Notes: generated by a model not told the origin, from the sequence alone. Counted from the stretch's first letter, positions 40,898 through 52,535 are shown. The stretch: 64,000 nt of DNA from an uncultured Gemmatimonadales bacterium (GCA_963701965.1 OY969695.1:4672001-4736000), one strand, 5' to 3'. A program made the numbers and translations.

Positions 40898-43036
40898 ATG
40901 TCCCGCCGCATCCTCACCGGGTTTCTGCTCGGCCTCCTCGTGCTGACCACGGCCGCGCTGCTGCTCGCCCGGAGCGTCGTGATGCTCAGTGGCGAGCGGA
41001 CGCTGGCCAAGGGCGCGCGCAATGAGCTCGAGGCCCTCATCTCGTTCCTGGCCACAGCGGAGGGAGCGGAGACCGGCCAGCGGGGCTACTTGCTCACCGG
41101 TGACACGACCTACCTGGCGCCGTACAACGAAGCGCGGCGGACGATGGACGAACGGGTCGCCAGACTGGAAGAGCTGACGGCGGACGATCCGACCCAACGC
41201 GCGGCGGTGGCCGCGATCCGGTCTCACATGGACGTCAAGATGGTCGAGTTGGCCGAGACGATCCGTCTGCGCCGCCGGTCGCCGGAGGCCGCGCGGGCGC
41301 TGATCCAGTCGGGAGTTGGAGAGCGCGAGATGGTGGAGGTGCGCCGCATGGTGGGCGCGCTCCGTCTCGAGGAGCGGAGCCGCCTCGATACGCACCTCCA
41401 CATCTACAGTAGTGGGGTCGCCCAGCTGATGGTGCAGATCGCCATCGCCATCGCCCTGCAATTCTTTCTGCTCGGCATCCTGCTCGTGCTCAGTCGGCGG
41501 GACCAGGCTTTTCGGGCCGCGGCCACGGTCCGTTTGACGAACGAGCGCGAATTCTTGAGGGCATTGCTCGACAGTTTGTCCGAGGGCGTGGCGGCGACGG
41601 ACCAGGACGCGCTCCCGACCCTGAGCAATCGCGCGTTCAGCGAGCTGTTTGGCGTCGACGCGCGGACGGCGAAGGACGCGGAGTGGGCCGACCTGCAGTC
41701 GCGCATTCGGCATCCCGGCGCGCTGGGCACGTCCGTGCCGACCTCCGCGCTTCCGCTGCGGCGCGTCGTACGCGGGGAGCACGTGGCCGGGGAGGCGCTG
41801 GCCCTCGTTCCGCCGGGGACCAAGGTCGGCAATGTGCCGGTATCGGGAATCCGCTACATCACGGCGAGCGGACGGCCGATCCTCGACGCATCGGGTGTGC
41901 GGGTCGGCGCCGTGGTCGCGTTCCGGGACACGACGCAGGAGCTGTTGGCCACCGGGGCGCTCCAGGCCAGCGAGGAGCGGTTTCGCCTGCTGTCGAACGC
42001 CGCGGCGGACGGGGTCATCGTGTCGCGGGACGGCATCATTTTGGAGGTGAACGCCGCGTGGTGCCGGATGTGCGCCGCGTCCGAGTCGACGCTGATTGGT
42101 TCGCAGCTCGTCGATCTGGTCAGCCCGCAGGATCGGGACGCGGTGGCGGGCATGGTGCGCGAGAACCGCACGGTCACCTATGCCCTGACCTTGCTGCGGA
42201 GCGATGGGACGACGTTCGACGGCGAGGTCGCGGCGCGACCCATCATGTTTCGTGGGGCGGCGGCCCGGATATCGGTCATCCGCGATGTCTCCGAGTGGAC
42301 GCGCGTCAATCGCCTCAAGAGCGAGTTTGTCTCCACGGTGTCGCACGAGCTGCGCACGCCGTTGACCTCGATCCACGGCGCGCTCGCGCTGGTCGGGAGC
42401 GGCTCGGTGGGCACGTTACCGCCCAAGGTCGCGCACCTCGTCACGATCGCCCGCAACAACTGCGAGCGATTGGTGCGACTGGTGAACGACATGCTGGATC
42501 TGGAGAAGATCGAGGCGGGGCGGCTCGAGCTCCGGCCGACCATGTTGAATCCGGTGGACGTGGTGCGGTCGACAGTGGATGGCATTCGCGCCATGGCCGA
42601 GGAATATCGCATGCGCCTCGACGAACGGGTGGACGCGCAGCGGACGTTCCTTGGGGATCGCGATCGGATCATTCAGGTGCTCACCAATCTGGTCTCCAAC
42701 GCCATCAAGTTCGCCCCGCCCGAGACCGTCGTCTCGGTCACGGCGACGCACGAGGACGGACCGGGGCCGGAGCGCGTGCGGTTTTCCGTGACCAACGAGG
42801 GTCCAGGGATCCAGCCCTCCGACGTCGCGCGCCTGTTCACGCGGTTCCAGCAACTCGACGGATCAGATGCCCGACATCGGGGTGGCACGGGCTTGGGACT
42901 CGCGATCAGCAAGGCGATCGTCGAGCAGCACGGCGGCGCGATCGGCGTGCATTCGGAGCCGGGTGCTCCCACGACGTTCTGGTTCGAGCTTCCCGCCACC
43001 CGCTCGACGGCATCGCTGGCCCAGCTGACGCGCTAG
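40898..43036 (+). CDS. Sensor histidine kinase (CHASE3, two PAS domains)
   Basis: AETGQRGYLLTG, VSHELRTPLTSI, NLVSNAIKF, GGTGLGL. Confidence 0.95.
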   Translation: MSRRILTGFLLGLLVLTTAALLLARSVVMLSGERTLAKGARNELEALISFLATAEGAETGQRGYLLTGDTTYLAPYNEARRTMDERVARLEELTADDPTQRAAVAAIRSHMDVKMVELAETIRLRRRSPEAARALIQSGVGEREMVEVRRMVGALRLEERSRLDTHLHIYSSGVAQLMVQIAIAIALQFFLLGILLVLSRRDQAFRAAATVRLTNEREFLRALLDSLSEGVAATDQDALPTLSNRAFSELFGVDARTAKDAEWADLQSRIRHPGALGTSVPTSALPLRRVVRGEHVAGEALALVPPGTKVGNVPVSGIRYITASGRPILDASGVRVGAVVAFRDTTQELLATGALQASEERFRLLSNAAADGVIVSRDGIILEVNAAWCRMCAASESTLIGSQLVDLVSPQDRDAVAGMVRENRTVTYALTLLRSDGTTFDGEVAARPIMFRGAAARISVIRDVSEWTRVNRLKSEFVSTVSHELRTPLTSIHGALALVGSGSVGTLPPKVAHLVTIARNNCERLVRLVNDMLDLEKIEAGRLELRPTMLNPVDVVRSTVDGIRAMAEEYRMRLDERVDAQRTFLGDRDRIIQVLTNLVSNAIKFAPPETVVSVTATHEDGPGPERVRFSVTNEGPGIQPSDVARLFTRFQQLDGSDARHRGGTGLGLAISKAIVEQHGGAIGVHSEPGAPTTFWFELPATRSTASLAQLTR

Positions 43037-43142
43037 CTACGCCGTCGCGAAGCCAAGGTCAACGCCGACGTGAACCGCCGTCCGGCGGCTCGCAACGGGA
43101 CGCAATTAGCCATTCGACTATATGCCGACTATATTCGATGGC

Positions 43143-44075
43143 ATGACCGATCCCATGCCGGGCGTGCTCGCCCCCGAGATCCGCGAGACAGCAGCGCGCA
43201 TCGCGCCGTACATTCGCCGCACGCCAGTCGTGGAGGCAGGCAGTGGCCTGACCGGTAAGGTCGCGCTCAAGCTCGAGCTCCTCCAGCATTCCGGCTCGTT
43301 CAAAGCGCGCGGGGCGTTTGCCAACCTGCTCCTGCGGCGGCCCGGTGCGGGAGTGGTCGCGGCCTCGGGCGGCAACCACGGGGCGGCCGTGGCGTACGCC
43401 GCCCGCAGTCTCGCCGTCCCGGCGACGATTTTCGTCCCCAGCGTCTCGTCGCCCGCCAAGGTGCAACGGATACGGGAGTACGGGGCGTCGCTCGTCATCG
43501 CGGGGGATTCGTACGCCGAGGCGTTGGCGGCATCGGAGGCCTGGGGCGCGTCGCGCGACGTGATGGCGATTCACGCCTTCGACCAGCGGGAGACCATCCT
43601 GGGTCAGGGCACGTTGGCGGCGGAGCTGGACGAGCAAATCGACGCCATCGACACGGTCATTGCGTCGGTGGGAGGCGGAGGGTTGCTCGCCGGCATCGCC
43701 GCATGGTTCGGACGGCGGGTGCGGGTGATCGGCGTCGAGCCCGATCGCGCGCCGACGCTCACCCGCGCACTCGCCGCCGGCCATCCCGTCGACGCGGAAG
43801 CGGGCGGTATCGCGGCTGACTCACTGGCGCCGCGCCGAGTCGGGGCGCAGGTCTTTGCCATCGTGCAGCCGGTGGTCGACCGGGTGATCACGGTCGCGGA
43901 CGATGATATTCGCGCCGGTCAGATGCGTCTCTGGAGCGACTATCGCATCGTGGCCGAGCCCGGGGCGGCCGCGGCGTTCGCGGCGCTGGCGTCGGGCGCG
44001 TACACACCGCGTCGTGACGAGCGTGTGGTCGTCGTCGTGAGCGGCGGCAACACGGCGGCCGTAAATTTCTCGTGA
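43143..44075 (+). CDS. PLP-dependent threonine/serine dehydratase family protein
   Basis: LKLELLQHSGSFKARGA, SGGNHG, VGGGGL, EPGAA, SGGN. Confidence 0.92.
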   Translation: MTDPMPGVLAPEIRETAARIAPYIRRTPVVEAGSGLTGKVALKLELLQHSGSFKARGAFANLLLRRPGAGVVAASGGNHGAAVAYAARSLAVPATIFVPSVSSPAKVQRIREYGASLVIAGDSYAEALAASEAWGASRDVMAIHAFDQRETILGQGTLAAELDEQIDAIDTVIASVGGGGLLAGIAAWFGRRVRVIGVEPDRAPTLTRALAAGHPVDAEAGGIAADSLAPRRVGAQVFAIVQPVVDRVITVADDDIRAGQMRLWSDYRIVAEPGAAAAFAALASGAYTPRRDERVVVVVSGGNTAAVNFS

Positions 44076-44085
44076 TGAGAAAATC

Positions 44086-44427
44086 ATGACGACCAAGCGA
44101 GCCGCGCGCGCCCGCGAGACCGGCGAGGGGCTGCTGGTGGGACTCCACGCCGTCGACAACGAGCGGCGTTTGCGCATTCTCTATTGGCTCAAGCAGCCGC
44201 GCAGATATTTCCGGCCGCAGATCGATGGCGATCTCGTGGAGGATGGCGTGTGCGGCTTGCTGCTCGCCGAGAAATTGGCCGTGAGCCAGCCCACGCTGAG
44301 CGAGCATATGCGCGTGCTGGTGGCGTCGGGGCTCATCGACGCCAAGCGGATCAAGCAGTGGACCTTTTACAAGCGGAACGAAGCGGCGATCGCCGCGTTC
44401 AAGCGCGCCGTACGGGACGACGTCTGA
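44086..44427 (+). CDS. ArsR/SmtB family regulator
   Basis: RLRILYWLK..VSQPTLSEHMRVL..GLI..RIKQWTFY. Confidence 0.9.
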   Translation: MTTKRAARARETGEGLLVGLHAVDNERRLRILYWLKQPRRYFRPQIDGDLVEDGVCGLLLAEKLAVSQPTLSEHMRVLVASGLIDAKRIKQWTFYKRNEAAIAAFKRAVRDDV

Positions 44428-44460
44428 CCGCGATGCCAGGCGACACCTGCGACCGCCTCA

Positions 44461-45108
44461 TCAACGCCGGATGATGTGACGGGCCTCGGCGCACGTCTCC
44501 TCCCACCCGACGCGTCGGAGCTCCGGTTCGGCGCCGGCGGTGTCGGGATACCCGATGCAGAGATAGGCCACCATATCCCAGGCCGGCGGCACGCCCAACG
44601 CGTCCCGCACGGCGACGTGGTCGAGTATGGACACCCATCCAATGCCGACTCCACACGCGCGCGCAACCAGCCATAGCGTGTGGACGGCCGTCACCACGGA
44701 ATACTGCAGCATCTGCGGGTTCGTCCGACGTCCTAGTCCGTGCCCGGTGGCGGTGGCGGTATCGGCGAACACCGCGAGCTGCACGGGCGCGTCGTCGAGT
44801 CCGGCAAGTTTGAGCTGGGCGTACGCTTGGGCCCGATCGCCGGCATAACCGCCGAGCGCATCCCGGTTGCACGCGGCGAAGTTGGCGCGCACCGCGGCGC
44901 GCACACCATCGGACTCGACCAGCACGAATCGCCACGGTTGGCTGTATCCCACCGAGGGTGCCAGACAGGCGTCGTCGATCAGCCGCTCCAGCAGCGCCGG
45001 ATCGATCGGATCCGGCCGAAAGCGGCGCACATCGCGTCGCCAGACGAGAAGCGCCCGCAGCTGCTCGCGGAACGCCGGGTCGAAGTCGGGAGCGGGCGCG
45101 GCGGTCAT
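44461..45108 (-). CDS. bluB: 5,6-dimethylbenzimidazole synthase
   Basis: WRRDVRRF, APSVGYSQPWRF, LKLAGL, GLGRRT, GIGWVSILD, YLCIGYP. Confidence 0.93.
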   Translation of the reverse strand: MTAAPAPDFDPAFREQLRALLVWRRDVRRFRPDPIDPALLERLIDDACLAPSVGYSQPWRFVLVESDGVRAAVRANFAACNRDALGGYAGDRAQAYAQLKLAGLDDAPVQLAVFADTATATGHGLGRRTNPQMLQYSVVTAVHTLWLVARACGVGIGWVSILDHVAVRDALGVPPAWDMVAYLCIGYPDTAGAEPELRRVGWEETCAEARHIIRR

Positions 45109-45141
45109 CACGAACGATAGCGGTGTGCTACGTTTCACGAT

Positions 45142-46093
45142 ATGACAGAGCCCAAGATCATCGCGGTCGTCGGCGCGACCGGCTCGCAGGGCGGGGGGTT
45201 GGTCCGCGCGATCCAACGCGATCCCAGCGGCGGGTTTCGCGCCCGCGCCCTGACGCGCGACATCAATTCGCCGAAAGCGAAAGCGCTTGCCGCGCTCGGC
45301 GCCGAGGTCGTCGCGGCGGACTTGGACGACCCGGAGAGTCTGGAGCGGGGATTTCGCGGCGCCTACGGCGCCTACTGCGTGACATTCTACTGGGCGCACC
45401 TCTCGCCGGAGCGGGAGGACTCCAACGCCCGGTCCCTGGCCCAAGCGGCCAAGCGCGCGAATGTGTCGCACGTCATCTGGTCGACGCTCGAGGATACGCG
45501 ACGGTGGGTTCCGGTCAGCGACCCGCGGATGCCCACGCTCATGGGCAACTACAAGGTCCCGCACTTGGATGCCAAAGGCGCCGCCGACCACTACTTCACC
45601 GACAACGGGCTGCCGGTGACAATGCTGCTGACATCATTCTACTGGGACAATTTGTATCTGTTCGGCATGGCGCCCAAGTCGGGACCGGACGGCGCGCTCG
45701 TGTTCACCCTGCCAATGGCTGATCAGCCGCTGCCGGGGATCGGTGCCGAGGATATCGGCAAATGCGCGTACGGGATCTTTCGCCGCGGGACCGGACTACA
45801 TTGGAAAGACCGTCGGGATCGCCGCCGAGCACCTGACCGGGACCCAAATGGCGGCCTCAATGAGCCGGGCGTTCGGACGCCCGATCTCCTACGCCGCGAT
45901 CCCACCCGCCGTGTTCCGTTCGTTCGGCTTTCCCGGCGCCGACGATCTAGGGAACATGTTCCAGGTCTATACGGAGTTCGCCAAGGAGTGGGGCGCGGCG
46001 CGCGACGTCGGGTTGACTCGCGCGCTCAATCCCGCGCTCCAGACGTTCGATCAGTGGCTCGCCGAGTACAAGGGACTGGTCTCGCTAACCTAG
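45142..46093 (+). CDS. NmrA/HSCARG family protein, frameshift near 45790
   Basis: VVGATGSQGG, KVPHLDAK; continues in another frame as PDYIGKTVGIAAEHLTG..FPGADDLGNMF. Confidence 0.88.
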
Positions 46094-46094
46094 T

Positions 46095-46334
46095 ATGATG
46101 CGCGCGTATAGGATCACGGTGCGAAACAAAGCGGGCGCGGTAGCGCTCGCGGCCACGACGGTCGTCGTTGGTGGAGCGCTCGTAGTTCTGGGCGTCACAC
46201 TGCTGGCGGGGCTCGTGGTCGGCGGCGCCGTGCTCGGCGGCGGCGCCCTGTTGGCCCGGCGCATCCTTCCCGGGCGTCGCGATCAGCCGCTCGACCCGCG
46301 ACAAGAGGTGTTTGGTCCCCCACCCGAGGGCTAG
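46095..46334 (+). CDS. Small membrane protein
   Basis: 79 aa with a long hydrophobic segment; fills the intergenic gap. Confidence 0.55.
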   Translation: MMRAYRITVRNKAGAVALAATTVVVGGALVVLGVTLLAGLVVGGAVLGGGALLARRILPGRRDQPLDPRQEVFGPPPEG

Positions 46335-47365
46335 CCGAACGTGAACACGTAGGCTTCGACGCCGGGGTCGAGGAATTCAATGTCGAGCGTGCGGTCGTCG
46401 ACGCCTTTGGTTTGCCGAATGAGTTGATAGAGGCGCGGCTCGCGCACCTCACCGGTACCGTCCGGGGCGACATTGATGCCATGTTCGCTGCCCGGCGCGG
46501 CGCCATTCAAGGTCACCTTGAACCGGACGGGCCGCCCGCCCGCGGCGGGTCCCAACACCAGGTGGATGTCGCGGGCGTGAAATCGGTACCGAATGACGCC
46601 GTGCGCTTCCACGAGGACGGCCTTCTCGGCGCCCACATTCCACGATCCGCCCAATCCCCACTCATTGAGTCGAAGCGCCGCCGGCGCGGTGTATCGCGCC
46701 GCCGCACCGGTGTCGACCGGTTCCGGCGACGCGAGACGCTCCGCCCGTCGATACCCGACATAGGTCTCGGGCGAGTCGACGGTTTCGCTCGGCGGCGCTT
46801 CGATGCCGGTACCGGACGCGTCAACCGTGCCGCCGCTCACGCCCGTGGCGCCGTTTTCCTTCAAGAGCTGCTGGATGGTGTGTTCAGTCTCGGCGTAAGA
46901 CCCCTCGCCGAAGTGGTGATATCGAATGCGGCCTTTTCCGTCGATCAGATAGTCGGCCGGCCAGTACTCGTTGTTGAATGAGCGCCAGATGCCGAATTTG
47001 TTGTCCATGGGGACGGGATACGTCACCTGCAAGTGCCCCACGGCCCACTCGACGTTCGCCCGGTCCTTCTCGAACGTGAACTCCGGCGCATGCACGCCGA
47101 TCACCACCAAGCCGGCGTCCTTGTACTTCGCTGCCCAACTCTTCACGTAGGGCAGCTCGCGCAGGGAATTGATGCAGGAGTAGGTCCAGAAATCCACCAG
47201 CACGACCTTCCCCTTGAGCGACCGATCAGTCAGCGGCGCGGAGTTGAGCCACGCGACGGCGCCGGAGAAATCGGGCCCGCCGGCGCGCTCCGCCGTGGCG
47301 GCCGACGCCGCCACGAGCGCTGACACGGTGGCCATGCCGAGACTACGTCGGCTGGCGCGATTCAT
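46331..47365 (-). CDS. DipZ-like thioredoxin/redoxin with C-terminal beta domain
   Basis: WLNSAPL, VDFWTYSCINS (CxxS), GVHAPEF, FGEGSY, ending FTFG. Confidence 0.88.
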   Translation of the reverse strand: MNRASRRSLGMATVSALVAASAATAERAGGPDFSGAVAWLNSAPLTDRSLKGKVVLVDFWTYSCINSLRELPYVKSWAAKYKDAGLVVIGVHAPEFTFEKDRANVEWAVGHLQVTYPVPMDNKFGIWRSFNNEYWPADYLIDGKGRIRYHHFGEGSYAETEHTIQQLLKENGATGVSGGTVDASGTGIEAPPSETVDSPETYVGYRRAERLASPEPVDTGAAARYTAPAALRLNEWGLGGSWNVGAEKAVLVEAHGVIRYRFHARDIHLVLGPAAGGRPVRFKVTLNGAAPGSEHGINVAPDGTGEVREPRLYQLIRQTKGVDDRTLDIEFLDPGVEAYVFTFG

Positions 47366-47858
47366 TTCCATCGACGGCGATGACAGCATCGGCAAAGGCC
47401 TGGGGGGCTTCTTGGGGCACATTGTGGCCGATGCCCTTGAGGACGCGGTGCGAATACTTGCCCGAGAATTTCTTGGCGTACCCCGCACCGTCGGCCGCGG
47501 CGCCGTCGAAGTCACTAGCCATCGTGATCGTCGGGACCGTGATCACCGGACCGGCGTAGAGTCGATGCTCGAGGTGATCGTATTTCGATTCGCCGTCCGC
47601 GAGGGCCAGTCGCCAGCGATAGTTGTGCATCACGATGGCCACGTGATCCGGGTTGTCGAACGACGCCGCGGTGCGGTCGAAGGTCGCATCGTCGAAGGCC
47701 CACGTCGGCGACACATTCTTCCAAATGAGTTTGTTGAAGTCGTGCCGGTTTTGGTCGTACCCGATCCGACCGCGTTCCGTGGCGAAGTAGTATTGGTACC
47801 ACCAACCCAACTCGGCCGCCGGCGGCAACGGACGCTTCTGTGCTTCGCGGTTCGTGAC
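47343..47858 (-). pseudogene. Alpha/beta hydrolase (epoxide hydrolase-like), C-terminal half only
   Basis: WWYQYYFATERG, HNYRWR, GIGHNVPQEAPQAFA; nucleophile region absent. Confidence 0.8.
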
Positions 47859-48009
47859 ATGGTATCAGTTGCCTCGACGTGAGTGACGCAGAAACCTCCA
47901 AAGCGCAGCGCGTCGGTTGTATTGGACGATAGTCGCGTTTCGCATCGCCGCTACTGGCGAGCAGGTTATAGACGTGCCTGCTGATACATGGTGAACGCTG
48001 TCGCGCCGT

Positions 48010-48066
48010 CCTGACGGCGCCTGGGTGAATGGCCAAGTGCGCCGCGCCAATGGCGGCTTCGCCTGA
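48010..48066 (+). pseudogene. SDR oxidoreductase C-terminal remnant
   Basis: PDGAWVNGQVRRANGGFA* matches the typical SDR tail. Confidence 0.6.
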
Positions 48067-48219
48067 GCGCCGTCCCGCGCGATGCTGGCCCCCGCGGGCC
48101 TCCGGCGATACGTTTGGCGGCGGCCTACCGGTTCGGAAACAGAAACCAAACCACGCGCTGATCCGTACGTGGCAGGCGACCGTGCCCGTACGCCTCCATC
48201 CAACACAAGGGACTCCGCT

Positions 48220-50219
48220 GTGAGCTTGACTCCCCGTTCGTTCTTCCCGTTCGCGCTCGCATCGGCGTGCGCCGTGGCCTGCGCGCACCCCAACGCCTCG
48301 GTGTCCGACACGCCCGGTCCCTCCGCGAAGAGCGACATGTCGACCAACGCGCCGAGCCCGGATCCCCGGGTCGGGCTCAAGGCGGGGAAGTACGACGCCG
48401 GTTCCGCCGCCTGGAACCTTCGGGTCGTCTCGGAGACGCACTCGTCGGAGAAGTTCGACAAGTTCTGGAACTCCGATCTCACGTTCAGCGGCCACTACGT
48501 GATCCAGGGGAGTTTCGCCGGTTACCAGATCTGGGATATCGCCAATCCGAGCCACCCCACGTTGGCGACGGCGTACTACTGCCCGGCCTCGCAGAGCGAC
48601 GTGTCGGTCTACAAGAATCTGCTGATCGTGTCGGGCGAGGACCTGACGGCGCGACTCGATTGCGGCGATGGAGGCATCAAGGATACCGTCAGCAAGGACC
48701 GGTTGCGCGGGGCCCGGATCTTCGACATCTCCGACATCGCGCATTCCCAAGAACGTCGCCAACGTGCAAACGTGCCGCGGGTCGCACACGAACACGTTGT
48801 TGGTCGATCCCAAGGATCCGGACAACGTCTACGTCTACATCTCCGGGATCGGCGCCGGTGCGGTCCGAGGCCGAGTTGCCGGGTTGCATCGCCGCGAAAC
48901 CGGACCAGGACCCCCGATCGGCGCTCTTCCGCATCGAGGTCATCAAGATTCCTGTGGCCCATCCCGAGCAGGCGGCGGTCGTAAGCTCGCCCCGGATCTT
49001 CGAGAACCTGACGGCGCCAGCCGAACATGGCGAATCGAAGGCTGATGTTGCCGAGGCGGCCAAGGATGCGGCTGACGCGCGGGCGCACAAGAAGTTCACG
49101 GTGCCGATCCGCGGCGTGGATGTCATCGTGCCCGACTCGTACGTCCCGGGCTTGCTCGCGCAGGAAGTCGCCGCGCGGAACGGCACCGGCCCGGCCACCG
49201 CCGCGGACAGCGCCAAGCTGCAACAGGACCTGCCGAGCATCGTGGCGAAGATGGTGGGGCCCGATCCCATCCCGGGCAAAAGCCCCGGACCGACACAGTG
49301 CCATGACATCACGGTGTATCCGGCGGTCGGTCTGGCCGGCGGGGCGTGCGCGGGTTACGGCCTGCTGCTCGATATCCGCGATCCGATCCACCCGGTGCGT
49401 CTGACCGCGGCCGCCGACTCGAACTTCTCCTACTGGCACTCGGCCACGTTCAACAACGACGGCACGAAGGTGTTGTTCTCCGACGAGTGGGGCGGGGGCA
49501 CGCAGCCCAAGTGTCGCGCGACCGACAGTCCCCAGTGGGGAGCGGACGCGATCTTCACGATCTCCGGTGGGCAGTTGCACTTTCAGAGCTACTACAAGCT
49601 GCCCGCGCCGCAGACCAAGTTCGAGAACTGCGTGGCGCACGATGGCTCCCTCATTCCCATCCCGGGCCGCGACGTGATGGTCCAGGGGTGGTATCAGGGC
49701 GGGGTGTCGGTGCTCGACTGGACTGACGCCGCCCACCCGCGCGAGATCGCGTTCTTCGACCGCGGTCCGCTGGACTCCACCCGATTGGTGACGGCCGGCT
49801 CCTGGTCCGCCTACTGGTACAATGGCGTGATCGTGAGCTCGGAGATCGCCCGGGGACTCGACATCTTCGCGCTCGTCCCCAGCGGATTCTTGTCGCAAAA
49901 CGAGATCGACGCCGCGCGCTCGGTGCAGCTACCGGAGCTCAACGTCCAAGGCCAGCCGAAATTCGTGTGGCCGGCGAGCTTCGTCCTGGCGCGCGCCTAC
50001 GTCGATCAGCTCGCCCGGTCGAACGGACTCGCCACCGACCGCATCGCCGCGGTGCGCCAGACGCTCGGCGACGCCGAACACGCTTCCGGTGCCGGTCGCG
50101 CCGAGACTCTGACGCAACTGGCCGGGGGCTTGGATCGCGACGCGCAGAGCTCCGCGGACGCCGGGAAGGTCCGGACGCTGGCGGGGACCGTGCGGGACTT
50201 GGCCGCGGCGTCCCGGTAG
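48220..50219 (+). CDS. LVIVD-repeat lipoprotein with two frameshifts (near 48745 and 48848)
   Basis: Lipobox AVAC, NSDLTF, VQTCRGSHT, QCHDITVYP, WHSATFNNDG, ENCVAH, spread over three frames. Confidence 0.82.
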
Positions 50220-50225
50220 CCGCGC

Positions 50226-51790
50226 ATGCGAAGATGGCCAACCGTGGGCGCGGCGAGCGTCCTTGCTACTTTCGCGCCCTGCGTTGGCCTGAGTCAGTCG
50301 GGCCCGGCCGAACGCGTGCCCACGCCGCCGCGGTCTGTCGTGTCACCGCAGAACGCGGCGGCCCGTCCCGTACCAATCGCCGACCTCTTTTTCTCGCACC
50401 GCGTGCTGAGCCCGGCGTGGTCGCCCGATGGCAAGCAGATCGTGTTCACCACGAACGTCACCGGGCGCTACAACTTGTAGAAGATGGATCGTGACGGTGG
50501 GGCGTTGGTCCAGCTGCTGCAGTCCGATGATGGTCAGGAGAACGCGGTGTGGTCGCCCGACGGCAAGTGGATCGTGTATACGCAGGACGCCGGCGGGAAC
50601 GAGATCAACGACGTGTACGCGATCCCGAGCGGCGGAGGGGCGGCCGTCAATCTCACGCACAGTCCGGACACATCCGAGGACAATCCGCTCTTTTCACCCG
50701 ATGGCCAACGGTTGGTGATCGCCGTCAAGGCCAAGACCGCGTCCGACGCCGAAGTGGCGATTCTCGACTGGAAGACGCGGGCGAAACGTATCCTGACGCA
50801 CGAGCAGTCCGCCGACCATCTCTGGCAGCCATTCGCGTGGAGCAAGGATGGCCGCCACATCTATGCCAACCGCGTCAAGGAGAGCTACACCGACTCCGAC
50901 GTCTACGAGATCAATGCCGAGACCGGCCAAACGCGCGATCTCACGCCCCATACCGGCGACGTCCAGTACATGGGCACTTCGGTGTCGAGCGACGGTCGGG
51001 TGCTGCTCAATTCGACCGCGAAGGGTGGATATCAGAACGTCGCCATCCTGGATGCCGCCACACGCCGTCTGGAGTGGATGACCGACACACAGTGGGAAGC
51101 GTCGGCTGCCGACTTCGCGCCGGATGGTTCCCGCTTCGCCTACGTGCTGAATCAGGATGGCCGGAGCACACTGTACGTACGCGACACGGGCACTCGCGCA
51201 TCGAGAAAGCTGGCTTTTCCCGATGGCATTACCCGCGCCGCGGGATTGCCCAGCGCGTTCTCTCCGGACGGCACACACCTGCTCGTGTACCACGAGGACG
51301 CCCGCCGCCCGTCCGATCTCTGGACGTACGACCTGCGGACCAACGCCCCGAAGCAACTCTCGCATTCGGCGCTCGCCAGCCTCAATCCGGGCGGCTTACC
51401 CTCCACGCAGCTGGTGCACTACAAGAGCTTCGACGGGACGCTCATCAGCGCCTACGTGTGGATGCCGTTCAATCTCCAGCGCGACGCCTCGTACCCCGCG
51501 TTGGTGCTCCCGCACGGCGGTCCGACCAGCCAGACGATCGATGACTTCAATACGGTGGCCGTGGCCCTGGCGTCGCGAGGCTATATCTGCATCTCGCCCA
51601 ACGTGCGCGGCTCGACCGGATATGGCTTGGCGTTCCAGAAGGCCAACTACAAGGATTTGGGTGGTGGCGATCTCCAGGACGAGATCTTCGCGACCCGATT
51701 TCTGGTGGAGACCGGAGACGCCGACCCCAAGCGCTGCAGCGGATCGTCGATTGGTTCGACAAGTACCTGAAGCCCGGGACTGACGCTACC
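50226..51790 (+). pseudogene. S9 family peptidase with nonsense codon and catalytic-domain deletion
   Basis: WSPDG repeats, in-frame TAG at 50478-50480, HGGP, NVRGSTGYG. ADPKR jumps to QRIVDWFDKYLK and no GxSYGG is present. Confidence 0.85.
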
Positions 51791-52535
51791 GGCTCTCCTT
51801 CACCGAGCGTCCATTGAGGGGCTGCACCGGCCGGACGTCGTGCGGGTAGAGCGCGGCGAAAGCGCTGATCGACTCCGCTGACGTCTCCACCGGCGTCTTC
51901 AACACGTACCAGATGACGCCTTCCGCGCAGGGCGGCGCCGTTTGTGATCCCGTGTACGTGTAGTAGCTCGCGGTGTGGGGCAGCAGGTCGGCGGGATTCA
52001 CTTCCACGCCGGGTATCTGCTCCGATGGCCCCACGGTCTTGGGCATGTGGGCCCACAGCCGGTCGATCGTCGCGTTCGCGTGTCCCGCGGTCAGGAACAC
52101 CGCGACGCCGACGACCTTGCCACTGTCGCTCACGTGCATCAAGTGGAGCACCATGTCGTACGGTTTGCCGCGAACCTGCTCTTCGCTCGGACGGTGGAAA
52201 TGGAACTGCGTCAGCTCGTAGCGCGTTCCGCCCACGACGAGGAAGTCGCCCGAGTGGGTGTAATCGACGCGGACCGCCGTATAGCCATTGTTGATGATGT
52301 GGAGCGGGCCGCTCCGGTAGTTGAACTGCAGGGCAGCGAGATCGGCTTTCTCCGCGCCGCGGATGTCGATGGGTGACTGTTCCATGCCCGCCTTGCAGGC
52401 CGCGTACTGCGGATCCAAGTCACCCCAGTGCGACGGTCCCTTTTCCCCCTCGTAGCTCCACGGGGTCCTCCACTGGGCCCCCGCGCGTCCGGGGAGGCCC
52501 AAGAGCACGGCGAGTGTCATCCACGTGTATCGCAC
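51786..52535 (-). CDS. Alpha-class carbonic anhydrase, secreted
   Basis: WSYEG..GP.HW, QSPIDI, QFHFH.PSE, GSQTAPPC.EGV.W, RPVQPLNGR. Confidence 0.93.
   Translation of the reverse strand: MRYTWMTLAVLLGLPGRAGAQWRTPWSYEGEKGPSHWGDLDPQYAACKAGMEQSPIDIRGAEKADLAALQFNYRSGPLHIINNGYTAVRVDYTHSGDFLVVGGTRYELTQFHFHRPSEEQVRGKPYDMVLHLMHVSDSGKVVGVAVFLTAGHANATIDRLWAHMPKTVGPSEQIPGVEVNPADLLPHTASYYTYTGSQTAPPCAEGVIWYVLKTPVETSAESISAFAALYPHDVRPVQPLNGRSVKESR

Noticed and set aside
47857..47992. MITE bounded by ACATGGT direct repeats and GTATCAG/CTGATAC inverted repeats
   Set aside because: The repeats are only 7 bp, overlap each other and occur once, which is compatible with chance.
50478..50480. In-frame TAG as pyrrolysine or read-through
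   Set aside because: It sits where Trp (TGG) is expected in YNLWK, and the gene also lacks its catalytic region. Other TAGs in the window are ordinary stops.
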